A stretch of 64,000 nt of DNA from an uncultured Gemmatimonadales bacterium (GCA_963798915.1 CAWCVB010000006.1:352001-416000); one strand, 5' to 3'. Numbered from the stretch's first letter, positions 8,642 to 19,191 are shown. The notes: generated from the sequence alone by a model not told the origin. Made by a program: numbers and translations.

Positions 8642-9821
8642 GTTGCTCCCGTGGCGTCGCCGCCAGCACCTGGCCAAGCCGCTCGATGCCTTGCTTCAAT
8701 CGCTCCGGCGGCGCGGTCAGGGCGACCCGGAAGAAACCCTCGCCTGCCGGCCCGAAGCCGGCCCCCGGCAGCACGATCGTGCCGGTCTCGAGCATCGCCT
8801 TCTTCGCAAAGGGCTGCGAGGCTACGCCGGGTGGCAAGGGGACCCAGAGATACATCGCCGCCTTCGGGCTCTGGACCTGAAACCCCGCCTCGGCGAGCGC
8901 CTGCACTCCGGCATCACGTCGGCGTTGCAGTTCCGAGCGAATCGGCGCGACGAATTCCTCGCTCCGGTCCAGCGCCACGCAGCCCGCCTTCTGGATGGCC
9001 AGGAATGGGCCGGTATCGACGTAGCTCTTCACGCGGGTTAATGCATAGATCAGCGGCTTGGCCCCGACGGCATACCCGACTCGCCAGCCCGTCATGGCGT
9101 AACTCTTCGAGAGGGAGAGGAATTCGACGGCCACGTCACGAGCACCGGGAATCTCGAAGATGCTGGGCGCGCGATAGCCATCGAACGTGATGTCGGCATA
9201 GGCGTTGTCGTAGGCGAGGAGAATGTCATACTTCCGGCACATCGCCACCGACTTCTCCAGGTATGCCATTGGTGCGATGGCGGCGGTCGGATTATTGGGA
9301 TAATTGAGGTACACCAGCCCGGTTCGCTGCAGGACCGACGGCGGAATCGCATCCCAGTCCAGCAGGAAGTCGGATTCGGGCCGCAGCCCGCAGATGTGTG
9401 GTTCACAGGCCGAGAGCAGCGCACCTCCGATGTACGCCTGGTAGCCGGGTTCGGGCACCAGGACCACATCGCCAGGGTTGCACACCCCGAACGCCATGTG
9501 GGTCAGGCCTTCCTTCGAGCCGATCAACGGCAGGATCTCCGTCATCGGGTCGAAGGTCTGGCCGAATCGCCGCTCCACAAAGGCGCTGCAGGAGCGACGG
9601 AACTCGGGAAGGCCCAGCTGGAACCCGTACTTGTGGTAGCGGAGCTCACCGAGCGCCTCTGTCAGCGCATCGATGATGGCCTGTGCCGGAGGGTAGTCCG
9701 AGTCCCCCGCGCCCAGGTCGATCACGTCGACTCCTTCCTCGAGCAGGCGGCGCTTGATGCCGGGGATCTCCGCCAGCGGGTAGCCCGGAAGGCGCTCAGT
9801 CCGCGCGCTCTTCTCGATCAT
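8625..9821 (-). CDS. Class I/II PLP aminotransferase (LL-diaminopimelate aminotransferase-like)
   Basis: LIGSKEG, NYPNNPT, DNAY, SLSKSYAMTGWRVG. Confidence 0.9.
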   Translation of the reverse strand: MIEKSARTERLPGYPLAEIPGIKRRLLEEGVDVIDLGAGDSDYPPAQAIIDALTEALGELRYHKYGFQLGLPEFRRSCSAFVERRFGQTFDPMTEILPLIGSKEGLTHMAFGVCNPGDVVLVPEPGYQAYIGGALLSACEPHICGLRPESDFLLDWDAIPPSVLQRTGLVYLNYPNNPTAAIAPMAYLEKSVAMCRKYDILLAYDNAYADITFDGYRAPSIFEIPGARDVAVEFLSLSKSYAMTGWRVGYAVGAKPLIYALTRVKSYVDTGPFLAIQKAGCVALDRSEEFVAPIRSELQRRRDAGVQALAEAGFQVQSPKAAMYLWVPLPPGVASQPFAKKAMLETGTIVLPGAGFGPAGEGFFRVALTAPPERLKQGIERLGQVLAATPREQLGAPA

Positions 9822-10444
9822 GGTCGCGCTCCTCCGGCGACAGGATTGGACAGGATGCCGACGCCGCCGATCTCGACTTCCACGACGTCACCGGGTGTGA
9901 GGGGGCCCACACCGGCGGGCGTTCCAGTTGCAATCAGGTCGCCCGGTTCGAGGGTCATGATGCTGCCGATATACTCGACCAGTGCGGGAATGCTGAAATG
10001 CATCTCCTGGCTGGTGGCGCGCTGCCGGGTCTCGCCGTTGACCCTGGTCACCAGCTCAAGCGACTGCCAGTCGAGCCCTCGGGCGACCCGCGGTCCCACC
10101 GGACAGAACGTGTCGAAGCCCTTGGCTCGTCCCCATTGCCCATCGGAGCGCTGCAGATCGCGCGCGGTCACGTCATTGACGCAGGTGAAGCCCTCGATGG
10201 CAGTGGCGGCGTCGCCCGCTGAACCGCCCCGGAAGCGACGGCCGATTACGATCCCGATTTCGCCCTCAAATTCCACCTGGTGCGACGCGGCGGGAAGCAC
10301 GATCGGCTGGCCATCTTCGAGCAGTGCGCTGGGCGGCTTCAGGAACAGCATCGGCCGCTCGGGCATTGGGTTGCCAAGCTCAGCGGCGTGCGCCGCGTAA
10401 TTCCGGCCGACGCACACAATCTTGGACGGATGCAATCCGGTCAC
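9818..10444 (-). CDS. Fumarylacetoacetate hydrolase family protein
   Basis: KIVCVGRNY, FEGE, NDVTARD, KGFDTF, TGTPAG; GTG start overlaps the dinG stop. Confidence 0.92.
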   Translation of the reverse strand: MTGLHPSKIVCVGRNYAAHAAELGNPMPERPMLFLKPPSALLEDGQPIVLPAASHQVEFEGEIGIVIGRRFRGGSAGDAATAIEGFTCVNDVTARDLQRSDGQWGRAKGFDTFCPVGPRVARGLDWQSLELVTRVNGETRQRATSQEMHFSIPALVEYIGSIMTLEPGDLIATGTPAGVGPLTPGDVVEVEIGGVGILSNPVAGGARP

Positions 10445-12945
10445 ACGCTCGCCCCGATGCCGAACCGGGCGAAGAAGTCCTCGCATCGTGTCCGGACCTC
10501 CGCCCAGGTGCCGATGATCCGGTCGGCTGGCGGAAGCCCATTAAGCACCAGCGGCCCGTAGCGCTTGGTGACGACGCGGCTGTCGAGCAGCACAACGACG
10601 CCAGCGTCCTGCCGGCTTCGGATAAGCCGCCCGAATCCCTGCTTCAGCTTGAGTGCTGCGTGCGGAAGCAGGTAATCCATGAAACCGTTGCGTCCCTGCT
10701 CCTCGAGACGCTCGACCCGAGCAGCCGTGATCGGTTCACTGGGCACCTTGAAAGGTAGCTTCGTCAGGACCAGGGCGCGGAGCGCCCTCCCGGGGACATC
10801 TACGCCTTCCCAGAACGAGTCGGTGCCGAGCAGGATGGCCTGGCCGGACTCCCGGAAGCGGCGCAGCAGCTGGTCGCGCTGCCCCTCACCTTGGACCAGC
10901 AGCGGCCAGCGGGGGTCCAGCCCCTGCCGGAGCCGCACGGCGGCCCGGCGGAGTGCCGCGTGGCTGGTGAAGAGCACGAACATGCCTCCGTCGCAGGCGT
11001 ACGCCAGGTCGCGGACCACCTGCGCCACCGCTGCATCATGGGCCTCTTCATGCTCCCGCGGATCCGGAATGTCCGTCGGCACGCCGAACAGGCACTGCGC
11101 GCCAAAGTCGAACGGTGACGCAAAGGTGGCCCGCACCGTGACCCGGCTCGTCGCTCCATCGAGGCCCAGGCGCGATTCCAGGAATTCGAACTCGCCGGAT
11201 GCCGCCAGCGTCGCGCTGGTAAGCGCCACGGTCTCGACCCGGTCGAAGATCAACTCGCGGAGGATGGGCGCGAGCTCGAGCGGTACGGACGAAAGCGAGA
11301 CGTCCTGCTGGCGGCGACCGCTGCGTTCCATCCATCGTACCGCCGCCGGCCCACCCGTCACTGGACGCAGGGCGCGATTGAGCCCGTCCGTGACACCGTC
11401 GAGACGACGGAGCACCGCTCGCAACTCGCGCAGCAGCTGCCCCCGACGCTCGCTCTCCTCCCCCTGCTCCAGCCGGTCCGCGACCGTCTCGATGAGTTCC
11501 TTGAGCAGCTGGAATACGCCCGTCACGGCGTCCAGCTCCCGCGTGAGTCCTGCCGCCCAGATTTCGTCCTCGGCAAATTCGTCGGTCAGGCGCAGCTGGC
11601 CGGCCGGCGCAGCCGCCACCCTGGCCTGCAGTCGATCAAACATTTGTTCGGCGGCTCGGCGGGCATCGCCCACGGCGGGCATCAGCCGCTGCATCACAAG
11701 GTCATGGCTGGCCCGGCTCAGCAGGTCGTCCCGCCCGGAGAGCTCGCGGAGGAGCGTCGGCAGGAGGCCGCGCCCGTTCCGCTCGAACCGCGCCAGCAGC
11801 CGCCGCACGTGGCGACTGGAGACCTGCGCCCCCAGGTGCTTGGCGGCGACGTCCTCCAGATGATGCGCCTCGTCAAGAATCAGTCGCTGATAGGGGGGAA
11901 GGACGGCGGCCTCCTGCCAATTGTCGGAGGCCTGGCGAACGGCGAGGTCCGCTGCCAGCAGATGGTGGTTGACTACCACGACGTCCGCATCTGCCGCCCG
12001 CCGGCGCGCCTTGAAGAGGAAGCACCGATCATAGTGGGGGCACTTCATCCGGGTGCAGAGATCGGCTTCGGCGCTCACCTCATCCCACACCTCCATGGAG
12101 GGCTGCACCGCCAGGTCGCTGAGCGTGCCGTCCGCCGTGTGCGCTGCCCACGCCGACACATCGTACAACTCGGCCAGATGCTCCTGCTCGAGCAGGGTGC
12201 GCTGGGCCGCTTCCGCGCTGGCGAGGCGTGCCAGGCACAGGTAATTGCGCCAGCCCTTGAGCAGCGCAAAGGTGGGCTCGTGCTCTTCGTCGCCAAAGGC
12301 ACGACGCAGCAACGGCAGGTCCTTGCCGACCAGCTGCTCCTGCAGGTTGATGGTGTTCGTGCTCACCACTGTTCGCTCGCCATTGGCGCGCGCCCATGCG
12401 AGCGCCGGCACCAGGTAGGCAAACGACTTGCCCACCCCCGTCCCGGCCTCGAGCAATTGAATCCCGCCATCGTTGTAGGCATCGGCCACGTAGGCAGCCA
12501 TATCCCGCTGACTGGGCCGGTCTTCGAACTGGCCCAGCACATGGGCAACCTCGCCATCCGCACCAAGGGCCTTGACGACCGCAAACGGATCCACCCGCAC
12601 ATTTTCCCGGGCGCGCGGAACCTCGACCACGACGTACAGCTCGCTTGCGTCGTTACAGAGGATGCCGAACCCGACGCCGGCGTCGTGCAGTCGGGCGGCC
12701 ACATGCAGGTCGGCGCCCGAAGGTTCCAGATTGCCGCTCGGGTGATTGTGCAGCAGCATCTCGCCACGGCGGGCCACACCCGGCAACGCCAGCACTTCAC
12801 CGACCGTTCCGCGCGCCACCGTGCGGGCAGCCGTGACCGTGCCGTCACGGTTGAGCTCCGCCACGAAGGACACCTCGCGTCCGCCGGCAGCCAGGATTTC
12901 CCCGGCCAGGAAGGCGCGAACTCCCGGATCAATGCGTTCAGTCAG
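10441..12945 (-). CDS. dinG: DinG/YoaA family helicase with N-terminal RadC-like JAB domain
   Basis: JAB motif HNHPSG..PSGAD; EAGTGVGKS, Fe-S Cys (NYLC, CTRMKCPHYDRC), DEAH, LTSATL, QGFGRLIR; start placed at CTG 12945 (see findings). Confidence 0.88.
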   Translation of the reverse strand: MTERIDPGVRAFLAGEILAAGGREVSFVAELNRDGTVTAARTVARGTVGEVLALPGVARRGEMLLHNHPSGNLEPSGADLHVAARLHDAGVGFGILCNDASELYVVVEVPRARENVRVDPFAVVKALGADGEVAHVLGQFEDRPSQRDMAAYVADAYNDGGIQLLEAGTGVGKSFAYLVPALAWARANGERTVVSTNTINLQEQLVGKDLPLLRRAFGDEEHEPTFALLKGWRNYLCLARLASAEAAQRTLLEQEHLAELYDVSAWAAHTADGTLSDLAVQPSMEVWDEVSAEADLCTRMKCPHYDRCFLFKARRRAADADVVVVNHHLLAADLAVRQASDNWQEAAVLPPYQRLILDEAHHLEDVAAKHLGAQVSSRHVRRLLARFERNGRGLLPTLLRELSGRDDLLSRASHDLVMQRLMPAVGDARRAAEQMFDRLQARVAAAPAGQLRLTDEFAEDEIWAAGLTRELDAVTGVFQLLKELIETVADRLEQGEESERRGQLLRELRAVLRRLDGVTDGLNRALRPVTGGPAAVRWMERSGRRQQDVSLSSVPLELAPILRELIFDRVETVALTSATLAASGEFEFLESRLGLDGATSRVTVRATFASPFDFGAQCLFGVPTDIPDPREHEEAHDAAVAQVVRDLAYACDGGMFVLFTSHAALRRAAVRLRQGLDPRWPLLVQGEGQRDQLLRRFRESGQAILLGTDSFWEGVDVPGRALRALVLTKLPFKVPSEPITAARVERLEEQGRNGFMDYLLPHAALKLKQGFGRLIRSRQDAGVVVLLDSRVVTKRYGPLVLNGLPPADRIIGTWAEVRTRCEDFFARFGIGASV

Positions 12946-14231
12946 GTCTTGAGTTCCTTCTTTTTCGCTGCCGGAAAGAGCACGTTGTTCAGGATGAGCC
13001 GGTACCCGGGTGAATGCGGAAATACCGAAAGATCGGTCGGCGCATCGCCGATCTGGTGCTGCGGGTCCTCTGGATCATGTCCGCCGTAGAATGTCCAGGT
13101 GCCCTGCCCTCGTTCCCCATGAATGTACTTGACCCACGGGGCTCCCGGCTCGTCGGCCAGCACCGTGACAGCCGGCTTCAGCGTACGGCGGGTGAAGGAG
13201 GTGGTCAGCCCGTAAAAGTCGGGGATCACCTGGCGGTGATTCTGGACCAGCATGCTGGGCACCGGGTCGATCTTGGCGCTGAAGTTGAACAGGGTGAACG
13301 AGCCCAGCGGCTGGCGACGCTCGGGCGAATTCACCTGGTGACCATCAATGTCGGAAAACACCGCCGTGGTCGGGCTCAACTCGAGATGGGCTCCCTGAAA
13401 GGCGAGCGCCCGGTCCCAGTCGAGTTTCTGGGCCGCGTCCGGATCCATCGGCGTGCCGTCCGCGTAGCTTGCGGCGATGTCCACGCCGTCACTGGCGAGC
13501 GCCAGGTCGAGCGTCTCTGTCGCCGTGCACATCGCAAAGAGGAATCCCCCGCGCTCGACAAAGGCAGCGATGCGCTGCGCCATGGCACGCTTGTCCGCCG
13601 GCACATCGCGGTAGCCGAGCGCCCGGGCCATCGCCTGGTTGCGATTGATCATGTCGGCCAGCCAGGGAGCTCCGGCGTAGTTCAGCACGAACTTGGAGTA
13701 TTGGCCGGTGAAGTCTTCGTGATGCAGGTGCAGCCAGTCGAAGTCGTCGAGCCGGCCGGCGTGCAGCTCCGCATCCCAGAGCTTGTCAAATTTGATTCCC
13801 GCGAAATTCAGGGCCATCGTCACCGCGTCGTCCCAAGGCGCCGCATTGGGCGGCGCATAGACCGCGACCCGAGGCGCCTTCTCCAGTGGGACCGCATCCA
13901 TGTTGGCCCCGGCGATCTGCGCCTTGATCGAGGTGACGCTGCTCTCCTCGAGCGGTTCAACATCGACGCCTGCGAGCGCCGCATCCCGCACCGTGGCAGC
14001 GCTGCCAGGCAGGAGGAAAGAACCGCCCCGATAGTTGAGGAGCCATTCGACCCGTTCGCCTCGTTCCAGCGCGCGGAACGCCACTCCATAGGCTTTCAGA
14101 TGCTGGGACTGGCGCTCATCCATTGGCGCGAGCAGGTAAGCCGCCGTCGGCCAGCGACCGATCAGGCCCAGGCGAAGCCGTGGGACCAGCAGCCCCGCTG
14201 CGGTCAGCTGGACGAAACTCCTTCGCCTCAT
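12942..14231 (-). CDS. Tat-exported class I GATase-like protein (family often labelled 'asparagine synthetase B')
   Basis: MRRRSFV twin-Arg leader; HLKAYG, WLLNYRGGSF, PWDDAV, LHLHHEDFTGQY, FAMCTATE, GHDPED, PGYRLILNN. Confidence 0.7.
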   Translation of the reverse strand: MRRRSFVQLTAAGLLVPRLRLGLIGRWPTAAYLLAPMDERQSQHLKAYGVAFRALERGERVEWLLNYRGGSFLLPGSAATVRDAALAGVDVEPLEESSVTSIKAQIAGANMDAVPLEKAPRVAVYAPPNAAPWDDAVTMALNFAGIKFDKLWDAELHAGRLDDFDWLHLHHEDFTGQYSKFVLNYAGAPWLADMINRNQAMARALGYRDVPADKRAMAQRIAAFVERGGFLFAMCTATETLDLALASDGVDIAASYADGTPMDPDAAQKLDWDRALAFQGAHLELSPTTAVFSDIDGHQVNSPERRQPLGSFTLFNFSAKIDPVPSMLVQNHRQVIPDFYGLTTSFTRRTLKPAVTVLADEPGAPWVKYIHGERGQGTWTFYGGHDPEDPQHQIGDAPTDLSVFPHSPGYRLILNNVLFPAAKKKELKT

Positions 14232-15949
14232 GACGGGGGCACCGTTCCCTTGAGCGTATCGAGCGCACGGCGGGCTTCCGGCACGACCGCGCTCGCGGGA
14301 TACGTCAGGATCAGGTGTTCAAGCATGGTCCGCGCCTCGTCCGACCGATCGACCGCAATCATGATGTGCGCCAGCTCCAGTTCAGCCACCGGGGCGACGG
14401 CCGGCGCCGCGGTGGTATCGGCCGCGCGCAGCAGTGCTTCGGCGCGCTGCGATTCACCACCGGCGTGAAGCAACCGCCCTGCCAGCAGCCGGAGTTCTGC
14501 ACCGCCGGCAGCAGCGGGCAGGCCGTTTGCAACCTGCTCGAGCGACGCCGCCGCAGGGAGCGTGTCCCCTCGCGCGAGCGCGAGGAGCGCTGCCCCGAGA
14601 GCCGGCAGGCTGTCTTCTTCGATGGGCTGCAGGAGCGCCAGCAACGCGGTTCGTTCGGTGGCATCGGTTCGGGAACCGGCATAGGGACCCGCCTTTCGGA
14701 GCATGTCCGCGCCGTTCTTCAAGTCGCCCTGAAAGATGGCGATCCGCCCACGCAATGCGAGGCCATCGACGGTGCTGTCGCCCTCCAGCCGCCCGGCGGC
14801 CCTGGCAAAGTCACCCTTGGTGGCCCAGCCCCATGCCAGCCGGCGACGCAATCGGTCGCGGTCCTCCGGATTCATCTCCCTCGCTGCGGCGGCAAAACGG
14901 CGTTCGGCCTCCTCCAGGCGACCCGCACCGACCAGTACATCGATCAGCGTTTCGCTGGCGCTGCTCCCAGCTGACCGGTCGCTCGTGACCAGGGCCAGAA
15001 TTCGTTGCGCCGACGCCGCATCACCGGCTTCCTGATAGCTGCGGGCTGCGGCCACGAGCGCGCGCGTGGCTGCCACCCCCACGCTCCTGTCCGCCGCGGC
15101 CTCGAGCGCCGCTCCGCGAGCCAGCAGCGCGCTGCGGCCATTCGCCACTCGCAATTGCTCGGCGACGGCGTTCAATGCATCCACGGCCCGTGGATCCCGC
15201 GGTGGAAGGCGCCCGATCAATTCCTTGACCGCGCCCTGCGGATCGCCCCACCGGGCGCCGAGCAGTGCTGCGAGCACCTGCGCGTCCAACAGCGAGTCCT
15301 GCCGCAGCACCGCGCGGATTCCGGGCCGAGCCGCGACGGGCGCCGGCGCCAGTGCGGCCGAGGCGGCAAGACGGTAGCCGGGGATGTCCCGGATGGCGTT
15401 GGTCCACTCGCGGGCCGAGGACGCCCAGTCGCCTTCGACCGCATACAACTGTGCCGCTTCATAGGCCAGCGCTGCCGGATTCTTGAGCTTCCTGCGCGCC
15501 AACTCCACGGCGCGCCGGGCAGTGACGCGATCCCGCTTGCGGAGCGACGCCTGGACCCAGTCGCGCCAGGGCTGCAGCTCCCCAGGCATCGCCAACGCCC
15601 ACCGCTCGACCACGGCCTGGGCGCTGTCCTGCTCGCCTTGTCCCACCCAACCGCGCACCAGGACGCCGAAGGCGGCGGGGCTCGGGTTTGCCACCAGGGC
15701 GCGTTGCGCCAGTGGAATGACGTCCGCTTCACGGTCGAGCGGCTCCAGGACGCGCTCGACCCCAAGCAGCGCTGCCGGGTCGCCTGGCTGTTCGGCCAGA
15801 ACGGACTTGAATGCGTCGGCTGCTGCCGCGTACTGATTTTGCCGCTCGAGCTCGAGCGCACGGGCCATGGTGGCGTTGCCTGGCTGCTGGCCCTGCAGGA
15901 GCGATGGCAGGACGCAGCCTGCCAGGAAAAAGAAGCAACGGAGCTTCAC
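14228..15949 (-). CDS. Exported tetratricopeptide-repeat protein
   Basis: Signal peptide, Ala-rich helical repeats, C-terminal LILTYPAS; GTGA overlap. Confidence 0.75.
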   Translation of the reverse strand: MKLRCFFFLAGCVLPSLLQGQQPGNATMARALELERQNQYAAAADAFKSVLAEQPGDPAALLGVERVLEPLDREADVIPLAQRALVANPSPAAFGVLVRGWVGQGEQDSAQAVVERWALAMPGELQPWRDWVQASLRKRDRVTARRAVELARRKLKNPAALAYEAAQLYAVEGDWASSAREWTNAIRDIPGYRLAASAALAPAPVAARPGIRAVLRQDSLLDAQVLAALLGARWGDPQGAVKELIGRLPPRDPRAVDALNAVAEQLRVANGRSALLARGAALEAAADRSVGVAATRALVAAARSYQEAGDAASAQRILALVTSDRSAGSSASETLIDVLVGAGRLEEAERRFAAAAREMNPEDRDRLRRRLAWGWATKGDFARAAGRLEGDSTVDGLALRGRIAIFQGDLKNGADMLRKAGPYAGSRTDATERTALLALLQPIEEDSLPALGAALLALARGDTLPAAASLEQVANGLPAAAGGAELRLLAGRLLHAGGESQRAEALLRAADTTAAPAVAPVAELELAHIMIAVDRSDEARTMLEHLILTYPASAVVPEARRALDTLKGTVPPS

Positions 15950-18900
15950 GGTAGCCGGCCCTCGGCCAGGCGGCGAAAATAGTCGATCACCAGGCGACGA
16001 TCCTCCGGCGACAATCGCTGCAGCTCCTCCCATGACGGGAAACGCGGTGCGCCGCTTCCCTCGAGGCGCTCGCGCAGCGCCGGCGGCAACTGCACGTTCC
16101 CTTCCCTGGCGGTTGTGCTCTGGCGCTCCTTCTGCTCATCGCGCTCCTCGCCCTGGAGCGTGCGGCCGGCGTCGAGCATGCGCCGGAAGAGTTGCTGCTG
16201 CCGCTCGACTGTCTGCCGGTCAACGCGCCCCGCAGCCAGCCGCCTGGCCAGCTCCTGCGCCTCCTGAGCAAACGAACCCGCCCCCGGCATGTTGCCCTGC
16301 GCTCGCATCCGTTCCAGTTCCTGGGCGATGGCACGCTGCTGCGCCGCCAGCTGCTGCATCAGCGGCTGGCCCGCACCCTGACCCGGCATTGGCAGAAGTG
16401 ACGCGGTCTGCTGGCCCACCTGGCCTTGCTGCCCTGCCAGCTGACTCATCCGTTCCATCGCTTCGCCCATGCCGGAGCCGGAGGCGGATCCGGCGACTTC
16501 GTCGCGCGAGCGCACCATCATGTACGCCGCGGCATTGAGGGCGTCGACTGCGGAACCCGCACGGTCTGCCCCGGCTGGGAGGTTCGCATTGGCGGTCGAA
16601 ATGGCCTCCCTGGCGCTGGCCATCTGGGTCCCCGCCATCGCCAGGGCCACGCCGATCTGCGGGGACACCAGCGCGTTCTTGCCTGAGACCTCGCGAATCC
16701 TCACCGCAACACGCTCCAATGCGTCCTCAAGTGCCACCTGGGTGGCGCGGAGCATGGCCGGATCGCCGCCACCGTCGAGCGCGGCGGATAGCGCCAGTTC
16801 CTGGCCACTGATCCGGCTGGTCTCCGCGAGCGCCTGGTCCAGCGCCTTCTTGACCTCCTCACGCCAGCGTTGCTGCGCGGCATTCCGCGCCTGGTCCATC
16901 TGGCCGCTGAGCGGGCCAAGCATGCCTGAGGCGCGCTTGCCATGCTGCTGAGCACTTGCGCGGTTGCCCTGCTGCATTTGCTGGCCGGCTCGCTGCATTT
17001 CCGCGGCTGCCTGTGCTGCCTGCTTTGCAGCCTCTTCCAGCGCAGCCCGGGCCGCGGATGAGTCGAGCTGCCCCGCAGCGTCGGCCAGCCGGCTCCCGAG
17101 CGAGTCGGTGCGCCCGGCAAGCTGTTGTTCCTGGCCAGCGGCCTGCGCAGAATCTGCCGTCGGCGCCCCGGCATTCCATCGGTCCTGTGCCTTGGCCAGG
17201 TCACGCGCCTCCTCGGACAACGAGGCGAGTTCGCCTTCCAGCGCCGCCCGCTTGAAGAGTTCTCGACTCCGCTCGAGTGCGTCTTTCAGCTTGCCCTGGG
17301 CGTCGGTCAGGTCCTGCAACGCGCGCCGCGCCTGCTCGGCATCGAGGTTCTTGAGGGCCAGCTTCAATTCGGCCAGCTTGGCCCGCATCTCCGGCGTCAG
17401 CGCCTTGGCGAGCTGCTCGCGCACTTCCGCCAGCCGCTTCTGAAATTCCGGATCAGTCGTGCCCGCCTGCTCAGCCGCCTGCCGAAGTGCGTCCAGCGCC
17501 TCCTTCAACTGCTCGGACTGCTGCACCAGCGACTCGGTCGCCTCTGCCAATGCCTGCGCCTGTTTTGCCTGCTCGAATGACAAGGCAGGGTCAGGCCCGC
17601 TGGCACTGGTCTCGGCACGGGTCCGTTCGCGCGAGAGGTCTTCCGTGCGACGAGCAACGTCGGCGCTCCGCTGAACCAGGGAATCGAGTGACGTAGCCAT
17701 CGCACGGGCGGTGGCACGCTGCGCCTCGCGCAGCTCACCCATGGTCGGGATCCGGATCTGATACTCGCGGGATCGGCCAACCTGATGGCCGGGAGCATTG
17801 TCGGCGACGATCATCTGGTAGAAGATCGTGTCACCCGGCATCGCACCGGCGGAACGCAGGTCCAGCTCGTGGGCCAGAATGGCGTGCTCGGGCTGGCCCG
17901 GTACAGCGACGGTGTCCATGCGGACGATGCTGCCGCGACGCAGACGCAACCTGGCCGACATGACGGCGTGGTCGTCATGCGCGTCGATGACGAGCGGCAG
18001 TCGCATGGAGAGCGGCGCCAAAGTGTCGGCGCCGGGCACGGGGATGGTCACGACAGGTACGCTGTCCGCAACCAGACGAAGCGCCAGGCGCGCCGTGTCG
18101 CCGCCCAGCGCGCCGCCATCAGCACTGCGCAGTCCGAGGGTGTAAAGCCCCGCTGCGCGCGGCATGAACTCACCACGAAAGCGCTCGCGCTCGACGACCA
18201 GCGGCACGCGCACGGTCCCGATGCGCCACTCCGCCTCGCTCAACGCGGCAGTGGCCTCGCCCCGTGTCAAGAGATGCGTACCGACCGGAAGCAGGATCGT
18301 GTCACCAGACACTGGCAGTGGCTCATCGGCAAGATGCAGGTAGCTCGGATAGTGCGCCGTAACGCTGAGCGCCCCGAGAAAGGCGGGGAGCCGGACGGTG
18401 ACATGCACCGTGTCGGATCCGCGCCCACCGCTGGTTGCATGGGCATACAGATCGGATTCGAGCGGACCCACCCGCCAGCTCGCCCGCCCCTCGGGAGACA
18501 GTGTGAGCTCGGTGGTGACCCAGGTATCGCCCGGGGCGCGAGTGAAGAGTGCCGCCGACGCACGGCCCGGCGCCTGGATCGAGAACGTGACGGAATCGCC
18601 GCGATCAACTGCGGCGGCGTTAGCTGTCAGGCGGACCGGCTTGGCCGCATCGAGCAGCGCCCGTGCGGGATGCCAGACACGAGCCGCGGGCGCCCTCCAC
18701 GGACGAGCACTGATCAGCAAGGCGCTGCCGGCGGCCAGCAGGATCGAGCCCGCCAGCAGGCGCCGACGAACCGGTGCAGCCAGCGGCGCGAGCGCGGGCA
18801 TGCCGCGCGTCGAGATCGCCTGGGACGACTGACTGTCGGCGAGTTCCCGAAGCGCGTTGCTGGTGCCGGCGAGTGCCGGTTGCAGCAGTCCGCTGAGGCG

Positions 18901-19191
18901 CCCCCGCCTCCAGCCGGCGAAATGCTCGAGCCAGTCTGCCGTCGCTTCGGTCGTCAGCCCGCGCGCAGCCCGTCTGCCCTGGAACAGCGCGAAGGCGAGG
19001 GCCATGGCAGCCACTCCCCAGGCGGCCGGAATCCACAGGGGCGCTCTGATTGCACCAGATCTGGCAAGCCAGGCGGTCAGGCCCAGTGCCAGAAGGGCCA
19101 TGCCCGCGCCGGTGCCGGTCCAGCCAGCCGCACTCCGTCGCCGGAGCGGGCGGGCCAGCCGCGAAAGCTGCTCGACCGTCCTGCCACTCAT
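15946..19191 (-). CDS. DUF4175-like membrane protein with Ig-like domains and long Gln-rich coiled coil
   Basis: Three N-terminal TM segments, beta-rich region (YPSY, DDHAV, PGDTIFY), Q/E/A coiled coil, C-terminal LVIDYFRRL. Confidence 0.75.
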   Translation of the reverse strand: MSGRTVEQLSRLARPLRRRSAAGWTGTGAGMALLALGLTAWLARSGAIRAPLWIPAAWGVAAMALAFALFQGRRAARGLTTEATADWLEHFAGWRRGRLSGLLQPALAGTSNALRELADSQSSQAISTRGMPALAPLAAPVRRRLLAGSILLAAGSALLISARPWRAPAARVWHPARALLDAAKPVRLTANAAAVDRGDSVTFSIQAPGRASAALFTRAPGDTWVTTELTLSPEGRASWRVGPLESDLYAHATSGGRGSDTVHVTVRLPAFLGALSVTAHYPSYLHLADEPLPVSGDTILLPVGTHLLTRGEATAALSEAEWRIGTVRVPLVVERERFRGEFMPRAAGLYTLGLRSADGGALGGDTARLALRLVADSVPVVTIPVPGADTLAPLSMRLPLVIDAHDDHAVMSARLRLRRGSIVRMDTVAVPGQPEHAILAHELDLRSAGAMPGDTIFYQMIVADNAPGHQVGRSREYQIRIPTMGELREAQRATARAMATSLDSLVQRSADVARRTEDLSRERTRAETSASGPDPALSFEQAKQAQALAEATESLVQQSEQLKEALDALRQAAEQAGTTDPEFQKRLAEVREQLAKALTPEMRAKLAELKLALKNLDAEQARRALQDLTDAQGKLKDALERSRELFKRAALEGELASLSEEARDLAKAQDRWNAGAPTADSAQAAGQEQQLAGRTDSLGSRLADAAGQLDSSAARAALEEAAKQAAQAAAEMQRAGQQMQQGNRASAQQHGKRASGMLGPLSGQMDQARNAAQQRWREEVKKALDQALAETSRISGQELALSAALDGGGDPAMLRATQVALEDALERVAVRIREVSGKNALVSPQIGVALAMAGTQMASAREAISTANANLPAGADRAGSAVDALNAAAYMMVRSRDEVAGSASGSGMGEAMERMSQLAGQQGQVGQQTASLLPMPGQGAGQPLMQQLAAQQRAIAQELERMRAQGNMPGAGSFAQEAQELARRLAAGRVDRQTVERQQQLFRRMLDAGRTLQGEERDEQKERQSTTAREGNVQLPPALRERLEGSGAPRFPSWEELQRLSPEDRRLVIDYFRRLAEGRLP

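Noticed and set aside
10441..12945. DinG as type IV CRISPR CasDinG or a defence helicase
   Set aside because: No csf/cas genes or array; it is embedded in a housekeeping chain.
12942..14231. True asparagine synthetase B
   Set aside because: No N-terminal Ntn Cys and no SGGLDS ATP-pyrophosphatase motif; it has a Tat-like leader.
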